A stretch of DNA of 52,426 bases from a bacterium (GCA_041946805.1 JBHGBC010000069.1:1-52426); one strand, 5' to 3'. Positions 20,890 to 31,726 are shown, counted from the first letter of the stretch. Notes: generated by a model not told the origin, from the sequence alone. Made by a program: numbers and translations.

Positions 20890-23055
20890 TCATGGCCGAT
20901 GCTCTATGAAACCATGATACACCGCCATCCAATAGGGCAGCAGCCAAGCCCCAGGATCATCTTCCCCATGCCCTCCGCCGCCGTCCAGTTCGAAGGGATT
21001 GCCGTTCCAGCGCATCAGGGACCGCTCATCGGGCGGGAGCACGGCCACGCTCTGTTTGCGTCCCGAACGGGTGAGTTCGGGATGAATCCGGACATCCAAC
21101 CGGTGCGAATTGGGGGCCGGCCAGTCGATCAGCTCCAGCGGCCACTCGCGCAGGGTCCAGACCGCGTCTTCCAGGCCGAATTCCTTGATGCCGGAGGAGC
21201 CGTAAATCACGTTCCAAAGGCTGCTTTTTTCCGGCGCCTCGATCTTCCAGGAACGGTCAAGGCTCAAGCGGCATTGGCTTTTCACCGTCTCATCCTTCAC
21301 CACGTCCAGATATCGGAAAAGGATGTAATACGGCAGAAAGGCCAGTTCATCGTCGGAGTGGTTGTTGTCGCTGGGCAGTTCGATCTTTTGATTGATCAGG
21401 TTGTCTGCGTACCCGTGTTTCTCCACGAGCTCGTTGAAATGATCGAGAAACTTCTGTTCGCCGGTGACATGATGCGCGGCCAGCAGAAACGACAGCATCT
21501 GGAGCGAATTCAATCCCCGCTCCACCGTCCAGGATGGATCGTCATTCAACTTTTCTGGAGCCCAGACGCCCCACAAGGTGGGCTTGCCGTCGAGATCGAG
21601 CAGATAGTACCCGTTGTCCACCACGTAGTTCATGATCCGCGACACGAGCCCCTTGACCCGCTCCTTCTCCTCCGGCGTTTCGGCGAGCAGGTCGTACACC
21701 AGGGGATAGACAAACAGATGCCCCACCATCTCGTCGGAACTGGTGTCGCCCTTCCAGGTCCATTCCCCGTCCGGGGTGGGATGCCATTCGCCGCCCCCGC
21801 CGTGCTCTTCTCCCTTGATAACATACGAGCGGGCGAAAAACCCGGGGATGCCGGTGATCGTTTCCAACTTTTCCATGGCTTCATAATGCCGCCAGGCTTT
21901 TTGCTTCACTTCCGGATCCTTGGTGACCGAGTATTGGAAACACAACGCTCCCAGGTACATGCTGGTCCATAGACCATCGTTGTCGCTGTCTTTTTTGACA
22001 TAGGTATCCAGATTTCCGAATTCCCGCAGGCCGCAATCCGCCACCAGGCCGTGGCGGTCGTGCCGGGGCCGCGTGAGGCTCTCGTAATGGGCGGCTTTCC
22101 GGCTCAGGGTCCACTCCTCGAACGTCAATTGGGCCAGTCCCTGATCGGTCGCCAGCCAGGTGACGTTTTGCCCATCGGCAACGACCGCCCGGACCGCCTC
22201 GCCCGGATGCCAGCGGGGACCGTAATAATAGTGCCATTGCCCGTCCTGCCGGCGGATCGCCCCTTTTTCGGTCCCGATCCACATTGAGTTCCCGTTCCCC
22301 GGGGCCATGCAGGTGATCCGGTTATAGGGCAGTCCTTCCAGGCCGTCGATCCGTGCGAAGGTCTGATCGGGATTCTGGAGGTTGACGCATTCCCGGTTGC
22401 CGATCCACAACCGGCCGCTGGTGTCGAACGCCAGGGCGGTCACCCCGCCATCGATCAGCCCCGGGATGAACGTATGCCGCCACGCCAGCCCATCGTACCG
22501 GTACAGGGTATGAGCCGTGCCCGCCGCCAGGCCTTGGGTTTCGCTCCAGGCCAGGGCGGCCGCCGGGCCTTGGACCTTATCGATCTGTTCCAGTCCCTGG
22601 CTTCCCCGTTTCCATACAAATAATCCCTTCTCGCTGGCCACCCACACATCGCCGCGGTTGGAGGCCAGGACATCGTTCACGGGTCCCAGATCCTCCGGCA
22701 TGTGTACCGGTTGGCTTCCGGGTGTATGGACATACAACCCCTCCGGTCCGGCAAAAGCGAGAACACCGTCCCGTCCTGGAATCGCGGTCATTTTCATGCC
22801 CGGCTTGACTGGTATCCCCGCCGATTCTTCCACTTTTTGGAAGGTGTCCCCGTGGAAACGCAACACCGCCGTGTCGGTCAGCAGCCAGAATTGCCCCTGG
22901 GTATCCACCAGGGCGTCCTGTACGGATGCGATGCCTAAGTCTTTGTACGAGAAGCGTTTCACGGTCTCTTGGCGAAACGGTTCATCGGGAACGGCGGAAT
23001 AGGCGGTAGGCAAAAAGATCCACAGCACCATGGCGGCGGCGAGCCAACGATTCAT
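20890..23055 (-). CDS. Secreted protein: regulator-type beta-propeller fused to an alpha/alpha-barrel-like (possible glycoside hydrolase) domain
   Basis: GGAGG RBS before MNRWLAA; propeller repeats (GRLWIG, MWIGT, TWLAT); C-terminal DNDGLWT, WKGDTSSDE, NHSDDELAFL, RWNGNPF motifs. Confidence 0.7.
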   Translation of the reverse strand: MNRWLAAAMVLWIFLPTAYSAVPDEPFRQETVKRFSYKDLGIASVQDALVDTQGQFWLLTDTAVLRFHGDTFQKVEESAGIPVKPGMKMTAIPGRDGVLAFAGPEGLYVHTPGSQPVHMPEDLGPVNDVLASNRGDVWVASEKGLFVWKRGSQGLEQIDKVQGPAAALAWSETQGLAAGTAHTLYRYDGLAWRHTFIPGLIDGGVTALAFDTSGRLWIGNRECVNLQNPDQTFARIDGLEGLPYNRITCMAPGNGNSMWIGTEKGAIRRQDGQWHYYYGPRWHPGEAVRAVVADGQNVTWLATDQGLAQLTFEEWTLSRKAAHYESLTRPRHDRHGLVADCGLREFGNLDTYVKKDSDNDGLWTSMYLGALCFQYSVTKDPEVKQKAWRHYEAMEKLETITGIPGFFARSYVIKGEEHGGGGEWHPTPDGEWTWKGDTSSDEMVGHLFVYPLVYDLLAETPEEKERVKGLVSRIMNYVVDNGYYLLDLDGKPTLWGVWAPEKLNDDPSWTVERGLNSLQMLSFLLAAHHVTGEQKFLDHFNELVEKHGYADNLINQKIELPSDNNHSDDELAFLPYYILFRYLDVVKDETVKSQCRLSLDRSWKIEAPEKSSLWNVIYGSSGIKEFGLEDAVWTLREWPLELIDWPAPNSHRLDVRIHPELTRSGRKQSVAVLPPDERSLMRWNGNPFELDGGGGHGEDDPGAWLLPYWMAVYHGFIEHRP

Positions 23056-23292
23056 GATCCATCCTCCCTGGGTATACGGAATCGAGCTCCCCATTAAATA
23101 TGGATTTATCAGGGAATGCAAACCGGATAAGATGAGATACCGGGAAATAGGTTCGTCACGATAACGCGGCCGGTATCCCATCGGGCCGGCCGGAGAGGTT
23201 ATCCCAAAATCCCCTTTCCCCCGGAAGAGGATTTTGGGTGAGGAAAAGCCTTCCATGATGTCCCTTACTCCCGATTTTTCCCGGAGGGAACC

Positions 23293-23769
23293 ATGATGAA
23301 CTTTCGCGTGGGATACGGTTTCGATCTGCATCGCTGGGCGGAAAACCGCCGGCTGGTCTTGGGCGGAGTGGAGATTCCCCACGACCGGGGCTTGCTGGGC
23401 CATTCCGACGCGGACGCATTGACCCATGCCGTGATCGACGCCCTGCTGGGCGCGCTGGCTCTGGGCGACATCGGGCAGCATTTTCCGGATACCGATCCCC
23501 GATTCAAGGATGCCGGCAGCCTGAACCTGCTGCGTACCGTCATGCTCCTGGTCCACGACGCCGGTTACCGGGTGGGGAACGTGGATTGCACGGTGGTGAC
23601 CGATACCCCCCAGCTGGCTCCGCATGTCTTGGCCATCCGGCGCTCGCTGGCCAAGCCGCTGGGGGTTACGGACCAGGAAGTCAGCGTGAAAGCCACCCGC
23701 ACGGAACAGGTCATCTGGTCCTCCAACGAGGGTTTGTTGGCCATGGCGGCGGTTTTGCTCTACAAGTGA
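23293..23769 (+). CDS. ispF: 2-C-methyl-D-erythritol 2,4-cyclodiphosphate synthase
   Basis: RVGYGFDLH, LGGVEIP, GHSDAD, DIGQHFPDTD, VSVKAT. Confidence 0.97.
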   Translation: MMNFRVGYGFDLHRWAENRRLVLGGVEIPHDRGLLGHSDADALTHAVIDALLGALALGDIGQHFPDTDPRFKDAGSLNLLRTVMLLVHDAGYRVGNVDCTVVTDTPQLAPHVLAIRRSLAKPLGVTDQEVSVKATRTEQVIWSSNEGLLAMAAVLLYK

Positions 23770-23869
23770 ATCCGGAAATTCGAATATTGGCTCATCCGGC
23801 AAGTGTGTACTTTTTTTCAGATGACCGGTTCACATCTCGTTGAAGAAATCGCTGCCAACCACATCAAAA

Positions 23870-23906
23870 TCCCCTCTCCCTCTGGGAGAGGGCCAGGGTG
23901 AGGGAA
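23870..23906 (-). repeat. boxC-like repeat
   Basis: TCCCCTCTCCCTCTGGGAGAGGGCCAGGGTGAGGGAA. Confidence 0.85.
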
Positions 23907-24368
23907 TTTTTGTAGGGGCGGACCTTGGTGAAATCGCAGCCGCCAGGCCGAAATTACTTTCTATTTGTTAGTAGTGATTGTATAATCACGGGAGAGGGAT
24001 AAAAAATCGGGCATGATATTCACTTCTGGCGTCTGAACGTTCAACTCAAGAGCCCCGTCATTGATGAAAAAAAGAGCGGAAATGCGTCAAGACGCTCCGC
24101 CGCAAGTCCGAAAATATAAAAAAGTGGCAGAACGAAAGCCATTTCGTTCTCCTTTTCTCCTCTTAGGATGAGATTTGAGATAGTCCCCCATCTTCTCAAC
24201 TCATCCTTTTTTTTGCCCGTTACCCAATTTTCCACCAACCGCCGCCTCTACTGTTTTGAAAAATGATAAAATCAGCCGAATTTCCATCGGTCTGGGTACA
24301 TTCTCCATCGGATGATATGATACCCCCAATTCCCTCTATCCGATTCCAACGAAGGAGAAACTCATCCC

Positions 24369-25133
24369 ATGCGTAAACTGATCATCGCGGGTAATTGGAA
24401 GATGAACGCGGGCGCGGCGGACGCCGCCAAAGATCTCGCCCGGGGTCTTGTCGCGAAGCACGGGCAGACCACCGCCGTGGATATCGTGCTGGGGCCTCCC
24501 TTCACGGCGCTGCGGGAAGTCGCGGCCGTGATCGCCAACTCCCAAATCGCCCTGAGCGCTCAGAACATGTATCCCAAGAACGACGGCGCGTATACCGGCG
24601 AAATTTCCCCTCTGTTCCTGAAGGATTGCGGCTGCCGGTATGTGATTTTGGGCCACTCCGAACGCCGGACCATCTTTAAGGAATCCAACGAGTTCATCAA
24701 CGAAAAAGTCAAATGCGCCCTGGTTCACGGCCTCATCCCCATCATGTGCATCGGCGAAACCGGGCAGGAACGCGAGGCGGGCCAGACCGAGGCGGTGGTG
24801 GAAAACCACCTGCGCGGCGGCTTGGCAGGCCTCACGAAAGAACAAGTGAAGGGCATGGTCATCGCCTACGAGCCGGTGTGGGCCATCGGGACCGGTAAAA
24901 CCGCCACCCCCGGCGACGCGCAGAGCGTTCACGCCTTCTGCCGGAAAGTGATCGCCGGCCTCTATGACCGCGACACCGCCGAGACCGTCCGCATCCAGTA
25001 CGGCGGGAGCGTGAAGGCCGACAACGCCAAGGAACTGCTGACCCAACCGGACATCGACGGCGCGCTGGTGGGCGGCGCCAGTTTGAAAATCGATTCATTC
25101 GCCGGCATCATCGAAAACAGCGGGGCGTTTTGA
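24369..25133 (+). CDS. tpiA: Triosephosphate isomerase
   Basis: AGNWKMN, GHSERR, AYEPVWAIGTG, YGGSV, LVGGAS. Confidence 0.99.
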   Translation: MRKLIIAGNWKMNAGAADAAKDLARGLVAKHGQTTAVDIVLGPPFTALREVAAVIANSQIALSAQNMYPKNDGAYTGEISPLFLKDCGCRYVILGHSERRTIFKESNEFINEKVKCALVHGLIPIMCIGETGQEREAGQTEAVVENHLRGGLAGLTKEQVKGMVIAYEPVWAIGTGKTATPGDAQSVHAFCRKVIAGLYDRDTAETVRIQYGGSVKADNAKELLTQPDIDGALVGGASLKIDSFAGIIENSGAF

Positions 25134-25338
25134 TTTATAATTCCGTGGGGATGGCGAAAGACCCTTTCCGAATCCCGATCAGCCCGGGAGGGCGCGGCTC
25201 CCACCAAGCCGTTTTTTAGGAAAGTGATTGCGTAACCGCAGTTTGCCTGGAGGTTCGCCCTCCCCCCCAGACCTATCCCGACGAACGCAGCCCATCCTTG
25301 TCATGGCAATGCAATCTCGATTCCACTTCCCCACGCGG

Positions 25339-25725
25339 CTATTTCAAATGCAAGCTCCATTCCGCTGCGCCGTCCAGGCTGCCCGTCCGATCCTTTTTCC
25401 CGTCCCTTGAAAACGGTACGGATGTAATAACATCCGTATGCCCCATGCCCGTGCCCATAATTGTTCCCGCCACAGCATCCCATAAGGTAATACCTATAAG
25501 TACTTCCTTTCCGTCCGGAGAAAACGCCACTGGACCGCTTGCAGGACTGAAAGTGCGGAGCTCCTTTCCTGTTTCCACATCCCCCAATGTTGTTGTGCCG
25601 CTCGACGTCAAGAAATTCGATCCATTGGGCGAAAACGCTACGGTCGACGGAAATTCCATGTCGATTGTCCGGCCTGATTGACTTCGATACGAGCCTATTT
25701 CTTTATGTTTTATTCCGAATTGCAT
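25339..25725 (-). pseudogene. Degenerate WD40-repeat gene fragment
   Basis: VAFSPNG, ETGKELRTF, VAFSPDG, LWD, GHTDVITSV.FSRDG: about 3 eroded repeats, too few for a propeller. Confidence 0.6.
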
Positions 25726-25887
25726 TCGTGAAAATTGCGGCTTGCGGCGCGAAAACCGCCGGCCCGCGGCCTGGCGGTGCTCAATGCAGGACGTCCGGCC
25801 TGGTTCTCCCTTCCTGTATGTGACACAGGCTTATAGAATGTGACGTTGGATTCACGTGAACGGATATGGCATCCCGGAGGCCAGGCG

Positions 25888-26550
25888 ATGAAGGAGAAAA
25901 CGCTCTCCCGGCGCGAGCGGGAAAAACTGTGGCAACGCCAGCAGATGCTGGCCGCCGCGGTCGAGCTGTTTTCGCGGAAGGGATACCATCATGTCACCAT
26001 GCACGAAATCGCCCAGAAAGCCGAATTCGCCATCGGGACGCTCTATAAATTTTTCCGCAACAAGGAAGAGCTCTACAAGGCCTTGATGATGGAAGTCAGC
26101 GGCCGGTTTCATGAGGAGCTCACCCGGGCCATCACGGAACCGGACGATTGCATCGATAAACTGCGGAACTACGTGAAAATCAAGGGATCCGTATTTCAGG
26201 AAAACGCCCCGGTCATCCGCTTGTATTTCGCTGAATCCCGGGGGGCCAGTTTCAGCATCAAATCGGGCTTGGACCGGGCGCTGCGGGACCGCTACACCCG
26301 TTTTTTGGAGCGCGTCGCGGCGATCTTCGAATGCGGCATGCGGCAGGGGCGGTTCCGGCGGATCGCGGAACCGTTCATGCTGGCGGTGGTGTTGGACAAC
26401 GCCTGCAACGCCTGCCTCTCGCTCTGGCTGGAGTCGCCCAACCGCCATCCGTATCCGGATGATCCCGATGTCATCCTCAATATACTCTTCCAAGCCCTAT
26501 TAATTGAAGAAAAAGGCCCGGAAATTGGAGACAACAAGGAATACCAGTAG
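25888..26550 (+). CDS. TetR/AcrR-family transcriptional regulator
   Basis: GGAGG RBS; HTH 'AAVELFSRKGYHHVTMHEIAQKAEFAIGTLYKFFRNKEEL'; upstream of the RND pump. Confidence 0.93.
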   Translation: MKEKTLSRREREKLWQRQQMLAAAVELFSRKGYHHVTMHEIAQKAEFAIGTLYKFFRNKEELYKALMMEVSGRFHEELTRAITEPDDCIDKLRNYVKIKGSVFQENAPVIRLYFAESRGASFSIKSGLDRALRDRYTRFLERVAAIFECGMRQGRFRRIAEPFMLAVVLDNACNACLSLWLESPNRHPYPDDPDVILNILFQALLIEEKGPEIGDNKEYQ

Positions 26551-26579
26551 GATCGCTGGAGAAGCGCTCGAGGGAACGT

Positions 26580-27920
26580 ATGAAAAAGGGTGATTCGATC
26601 AAACGATGGAAGCTCGGAGCGGTGATGATGGCGTCCCTGCTGGCGGGGTGGCTGCAAACCGCGTGTGAAAAGCCGAAAGCCGCCGCGCAAGAGCACAGCA
26701 CTCCGGAAGTGGCCGTGGTGGAGGTCAAGACGCAGCGGGTGGTTTTGACCACGGAATTGCCCGGGCGCACCTCCGCGTATTTGATGGCGGAAATCCGGCC
26801 CCAAGTGAGCGGGCTCATTCAGGAGCGTCTTTTCGAGGAAGGTTCCGACGTCCAGGCCGGCCAGCCGCTGTACCAGATCGATCCGGCGCCCTTCCAGGCG
26901 GCCTACGACAACGCCCAGGCCAACCTCGCGGCCATGCGCAAGTCCGCCGACCGGGCGCGGGCGGCTCTGGAAGCGAGCCAGGCCGGCGTCTCCCGGCAGA
27001 AGGCCACTCTGGCCTTGGCCTTGGCGAACCGCCAGCGGTACGAGAAACTCTTCGCGGACAAGGCCGTCTCCGCCATCCAGCGCGACCAGGCCGTGACCGA
27101 ACACGAGGTGGCCGAGGCCGCGCTGCGGGCCGCCGAGGCCCAGGTGGAAAGCGACCGGCAGGCCATCGCCTACGCGGACGCCGCCATCCAACAAGCGGAA
27201 GCGGCGCTGGCGATGGCGCGCATCAACCTGGGGTACACCAAAATCACCGCCCCCATCACCGGCCGGATCGGCCGCTCCAACGTCACCGCCGGCGCGCTGG
27301 TGACGGCTCTCCAGCCGCTGGCCCTGGCGACCATTCAACAACTGAACCCCATCTATGTGGATGTCACTCAATCCACCGCCGATCTGTTGCGCTTGAAGAA
27401 GCGCCTGGAGGAAGGCCGCCTCGACCAGAACGAAACGAGCCGGAACCAGGTCCAACTCCTCCTGGAAGATGGCACGAAGTATCCCTTGGAGGGAACGCTG
27501 CAGTTTCTCGATGTCACCGTGGACCCGTCGACCGGCTCCGTGATCCTGCGCGTCGTGTTTCCCAATCCGGACGCGGTTCTGCTGCCGGGCATGTTTGTCC
27601 GGGCGGTGATCCAGGAGGGCGTCCAGGAACAAGCCATTCTCATACCCCAGCAGACCGTCTCCCGCGATACCAAGGGCCATCCCAACGTGCTGCTGGTGGA
27701 CGCGGAGAACAAGGTCCAGCAGCGGAAGATCACGCTGGACCGGGCCATCGGCGACTCCTGGCTCGTCGCGTCGGGTCTCGCCACCGGAGACCGGCTGATC
27801 GCCGAGGGGATCCAAAAAGTACGGCCGGGCGATACCGTGAAAACGGTCCCCTTCGAAGCGGAACGGCCGGCGGAAGCGGCCGCGGAAGTTCCCTCACGGC
27901 CGGCCGGCCGCGCGAACTGA
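26580..27920 (+). CDS. acrA: RND efflux periplasmic adaptor (AcrA/MexA family)
   Basis: Lipobox-like QTAC, ELPGRTSAY, AEIRPQVSG, YQIDPA, APITGRIG, FPNPD..LLPGMFV. Confidence 0.92.
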   Translation: MKKGDSIKRWKLGAVMMASLLAGWLQTACEKPKAAAQEHSTPEVAVVEVKTQRVVLTTELPGRTSAYLMAEIRPQVSGLIQERLFEEGSDVQAGQPLYQIDPAPFQAAYDNAQANLAAMRKSADRARAALEASQAGVSRQKATLALALANRQRYEKLFADKAVSAIQRDQAVTEHEVAEAALRAAEAQVESDRQAIAYADAAIQQAEAALAMARINLGYTKITAPITGRIGRSNVTAGALVTALQPLALATIQQLNPIYVDVTQSTADLLRLKKRLEEGRLDQNETSRNQVQLLLEDGTKYPLEGTLQFLDVTVDPSTGSVILRVVFPNPDAVLLPGMFVRAVIQEGVQEQAILIPQQTVSRDTKGHPNVLLVDAENKVQQRKITLDRAIGDSWLVASGLATGDRLIAEGIQKVRPGDTVKTVPFEAERPAEAAAEVPSRPAGRAN

Positions 27921-27931
27921 CGGAGGAACCC

Positions 27932-30900
27932 ATGCTATCTCGATTTTTCCTGGACCGTCCGGTCTTTGCCTGGGTCATCGCCATCATCTTGATGGTGGCG
28001 GGGGTCATGGCGATCTACATGCTCCCGATTTCCCAGTATCCCCCCATCGCGCCGCCTTCCATCGCCATCACCTCCTTCTATCCGGGCGCGTCGGCGGAGA
28101 CGGTGGAAAACAGCGTGACGCAGATCATCGAGCAAAAAATGACCGGCTTCGACAAGATGCTGTATCTCTCCGCCAGCAGCGACTCGGCCGGCGCGTCCCG
28201 CGTCGAACTGACCTTCGCGCCAGGGACCGATCCCGACCTCGCCTGGGCGCAGGTGCAGAACAAGCTGCAACTCGCCATGGCGAGCCTGCCCGAAGTGGTG
28301 CAGCGCCAGGGTGTCGCGGTGAGTAAATCGACCCGGAATTGGCTGCTGCTGGTGGGCCTGATCTCGGAAGACGGCAGCATGGACGGCAATGATTTGCGCG
28401 ACTACGCCAAATCCAACCTCGAAAAAGTGCTGTCGCGGGTTCCGGGCGTCGGCGAGGTGGAGACCTTCGGATCGCAATACGCCATGCGCGTCTGGTTCAA
28501 TCCCGACAAACTGACCGACTACCAGATGACGATCCAGGACGTCCTCGCGGCGCTGCGGGCCTACAACGTGGAGATCTCCGCGGGCCAATTCGGCGGGGCG
28601 CCGGCTGTGGAAGGCCAGCGTCTCAATGCCGCCATCGTGGTGCAAAATCTGCTCAAAACCCCCGAGGAATTCGCGGCCATCCCCATCCGGACCAATCCGG
28701 ACGGCTCCACCGTGCGGATCCGGGATGTAGCCCGGACGGAACTGGGCACGGAAACGTATGACGTCGATGCCGAATACAACGGCATGCCTTCCGCCGCCTT
28801 GGCGATCCGCCAGGCCGCCGGCGCCAACGCCCTGGACACGGCCGACGCCATCCGGGCCAAGATGGAGGAGATGAGCCGCTTCTTTCCCAAGGGGATGAAA
28901 GTGATCTACCCCTACGACACCACCCCCTTCATCGTGGCGGCCATCGAAGAAGTGGTGAAAACCCTGTTCGAGGCCATCTTTCTGGTTTTTCTGGTTATGT
29001 ATCTCTTCCTGGGCAACATGCGGGCCACCTTGATTCCCACCATCGCGGTGCCGGTGGTCATCCTGGGAACCTTCGCCGTGTTGGGGATAGCCGGTTATTC
29101 CATCAACATGCTGACCATGTTCGCCATGGTGCTGGCCATCGGCTTGCTGGTGGACGACGCGATCGTCGTGGTGGAAAACGTGGAACGGATCATGAGCGAG
29201 GAAGGGCTGCCGCCCCGCGAGGCCACCGCCAAATCCATGGACCAGATCACCAGCGCCCTGATCGGCATCGGGCTGGTGCTGTCGGCGGTCTTCGGCCCCA
29301 TGGCGTTTTTCCCCGGCTCCACCGGAGTGATCTACCGCCAATTCTCCGTCACCATTGTCGCGGCCATGATGCTCTCGGTGCTGGTGGCCCTCATCCTGAC
29401 CCCGGTGTTGTGCGCCTCGCTGCTCAAACCGGTGCCCAAGGGGCATGAGGCGGCGGAAACCGGGTTCGCCCTCCTGCGCCCCTTCTTCCGGTGGTTCGAC
29501 CGCGTTTTTTTCCGCTTCCGGGATTTCAATACGAAACTGACCGGGCAAGCGTTGGCCCACAAAGGGCGCTATCTGGTGATCTACCTGGTGGTCGTCGCGG
29601 CCATGGGCTACGGGTTTCACCGCATGCCCACCGCCTATCTCCCCGACGAAGACCAGGGGATCCTGATGGTGCAGGCCATGCTTCCCGCGAACTCCACGCT
29701 GGAACAGACGGGGAAAGTCATGGACCGGGTCCGGAATCATTTTCTGATCGACGAAAAAGACGCGGTCCAATCCATCATGACCGTGAACGGATTCGGCTTT
29801 GCCGGCCGGGGCCAGAACATGGGATTGGCTTTTGTGCGGCTCAAGGAGTGGGCCCTCCGCAACCGTCCGGACCTGAAAGTCGGCCCCGTGGCGGGCCGGG
29901 CCATGGCCTCCTTCGGACAATACCGGGATGCCATGGTGTTCGCTTTTCCTCCGCCGGCGGTCATCGAACTGGGCCAGGCCAAGGGATTTGATTTTCAACT
30001 GCTGGACCGCGGCGGCCTGGGCCACGCCGCCCTGATGGAGGCCCGTAACCAGATTTTGGACTTGGCGCGGAAAGATCCGCGGCTGGCCAACGTCCGGCAG
30101 AACGGCTTGGAAGATGTGCCCGAATACCGGATCGACGTGGATTGGGAAAAGACCGGCGCGTTGGGCATCCCCATCACCTCCATCCACAACACCATCTCGG
30201 CGGCTTTCGGCAGCGCCTATGTCAATGATTTCATCCAGGGCGGCCGGGTTAAGCGGGTGTACGCGCAGGCGGACTCGCCGTACCGCATGCTTCCCCAAGA
30301 CCTGCAAAAACTGTACGTACGCAACAACGCGGGCAAGATGGTTCCCTTCGCGTCCTTCGCCACGGGCCACTGGACCTCCGGTTCCCCCAAACTGGACCGG
30401 TTCAACGCCTTCCCCTCCATCAACATCCTGGGCGAACCCGCCCCGGGGCGAAGCTCCGGCGAGGCCATGCAGGCCATGGAAGAGTTTGTCCGCCAGCTGC
30501 CCCAGGGGATCGGCTTCGACTGGACCGGGCTTTCCTACCAGGAGCGCCAGTCCGGCGCCCAGGCGCCCTTGCTGTACGCTTTCTCTATCCTCGTGATCTT
30601 CCTCTGCCTGGCGGCCTTGTACGAGAGCTGGCCCGTCCCCATTTCGATCCTGCTATGCTTGCCCCTCGGGGCCATCGGCGGCGTCCTGGCCACCACCTGG
30701 CGGGGCTTGCCCAACGACGTCTACTTCCAGATCGGGCTGCTGACCACCCTGGGCCTGACCACCAAGAACGCCATCCTGATCGTCCAGTTCGCCAAGGACC
30801 GCGTGGAGGAAGGGATGGACTTGATCGCCGCCACGCTGGAAGGGGCCAAACTCCGGCTGCGCCCCATCGTCATGACCTCGCTGGCCTTCGGCTTCGGCGT

Positions 30901-31108
30901 GCTCCCCCTGGCGATGGCGGGCGGGGCCGGCTCGGGAGCGCAGCAGGCCATCGGCACCGGCGTGGTGGGCGGCGTGGTAACCTCCACCTTCCTGGTGCTG
31001 CTCTTCTCGCCCTTGTTCTATGTGCTGATTTACCGCACCTTCGGGATAGTTCGGAAACCCTCCCTGTCAGAGGCCGTTTCCGAAACCGTTCCGATCACCA
31101 GTCATTGA
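27932..31108 (+). CDS. acrB: RND efflux permease (AcrB/MexB family)
   Basis: FFLDRPVFAWVIAI, AIGLLVDDAIVVVENVER, KNAILIV, RLRPIVMTSLAF; 1058 aa. Confidence 0.96.
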   Translation: MLSRFFLDRPVFAWVIAIILMVAGVMAIYMLPISQYPPIAPPSIAITSFYPGASAETVENSVTQIIEQKMTGFDKMLYLSASSDSAGASRVELTFAPGTDPDLAWAQVQNKLQLAMASLPEVVQRQGVAVSKSTRNWLLLVGLISEDGSMDGNDLRDYAKSNLEKVLSRVPGVGEVETFGSQYAMRVWFNPDKLTDYQMTIQDVLAALRAYNVEISAGQFGGAPAVEGQRLNAAIVVQNLLKTPEEFAAIPIRTNPDGSTVRIRDVARTELGTETYDVDAEYNGMPSAALAIRQAAGANALDTADAIRAKMEEMSRFFPKGMKVIYPYDTTPFIVAAIEEVVKTLFEAIFLVFLVMYLFLGNMRATLIPTIAVPVVILGTFAVLGIAGYSINMLTMFAMVLAIGLLVDDAIVVVENVERIMSEEGLPPREATAKSMDQITSALIGIGLVLSAVFGPMAFFPGSTGVIYRQFSVTIVAAMMLSVLVALILTPVLCASLLKPVPKGHEAAETGFALLRPFFRWFDRVFFRFRDFNTKLTGQALAHKGRYLVIYLVVVAAMGYGFHRMPTAYLPDEDQGILMVQAMLPANSTLEQTGKVMDRVRNHFLIDEKDAVQSIMTVNGFGFAGRGQNMGLAFVRLKEWALRNRPDLKVGPVAGRAMASFGQYRDAMVFAFPPPAVIELGQAKGFDFQLLDRGGLGHAALMEARNQILDLARKDPRLANVRQNGLEDVPEYRIDVDWEKTGALGIPITSIHNTISAAFGSAYVNDFIQGGRVKRVYAQADSPYRMLPQDLQKLYVRNNAGKMVPFASFATGHWTSGSPKLDRFNAFPSINILGEPAPGRSSGEAMQAMEEFVRQLPQGIGFDWTGLSYQERQSGAQAPLLYAFSILVIFLCLAALYESWPVPISILLCLPLGAIGGVLATTWRGLPNDVYFQIGLLTTLGLTTKNAILIVQFAKDRVEEGMDLIAATLEGAKLRLRPIVMTSLAFGFGVLPLAMAGGAGSGAQQAIGTGVVGGVVTSTFLVLLFSPLFYVLIYRTFGIVRKPSLSEAVSETVPITSH

Positions 31109-31386
31109 GACACGCCATGATCCACCCCGAGGAGGCCGCATTTCGAAGCGGATTGGCTTTCCAGTAATCCACAGCAGGACTGCAAATTTTCCGAACCCAT
31201 CACTCCGGCGGCGAGGTCGGAGATGTCCCAAATGGATACAGCATGTCCGTTCATGGTTGGATAGTTCTTTCCATCCGGGAATATTTTACCTGCAGATCCA
31301 CTTGATGGGGTGAATTCCCGCTATCCGTCTTGACAGGAAGCACGCGGGCCGGCGTTTTCGAATCGCAAACCAATATTTGTCACTAT

Positions 31387-31726
31387 TTACTCGTCTGCAG
31401 AGGATTTTGCGGGAAAAAACGGCCGTGGGCCATCCCAGAGGATGATATATAGGCATTCCACCAGCGTATCAATGGCTTGATAACTCCGGCGTTGCAGAGT
31501 GCGGAAGATCTTCGGCGTGATATCCCCCCGCGCCCGCGGCCGCAACGGGTCTTGGATCAGCCGCTTTGCCTGGCGCGCAAACACCTGCCCCTCGGCCGAG
31601 GGATTGACCTCGCTCGTCCGTTCCAACTCGCGCAGCAAGCGGATCATGCGTTCCGGATCGATCACCCGGGCCGGGATCCAGAAACTCGCGCAGCCATTGG
31701 GCATGGGGCGTGGAATTGTTCTTCAT
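31387..31726 (-). pseudogene. Small hypothetical gene, apparently frameshifted, divergent from the phage-like cluster
   Basis: MKNNSTPHAQWLREFLDPG (frame ending at 31469) would join VIDPERMIRLLRELE... (frame ending at 31387) across CCCGGCCCGGG near 31665-31675. Confidence 0.35.

Noticed and set aside
23056..23802. N-terminal extension making the propeller protein 970 aa
   Set aside because: It overlaps ispF on the other strand; the RBS and signal peptide point to a start at 23055.
25888..31108. RND operon lacking an outer-membrane factor gene
   Set aside because: Common arrangement; TolC-like channels are often encoded elsewhere.
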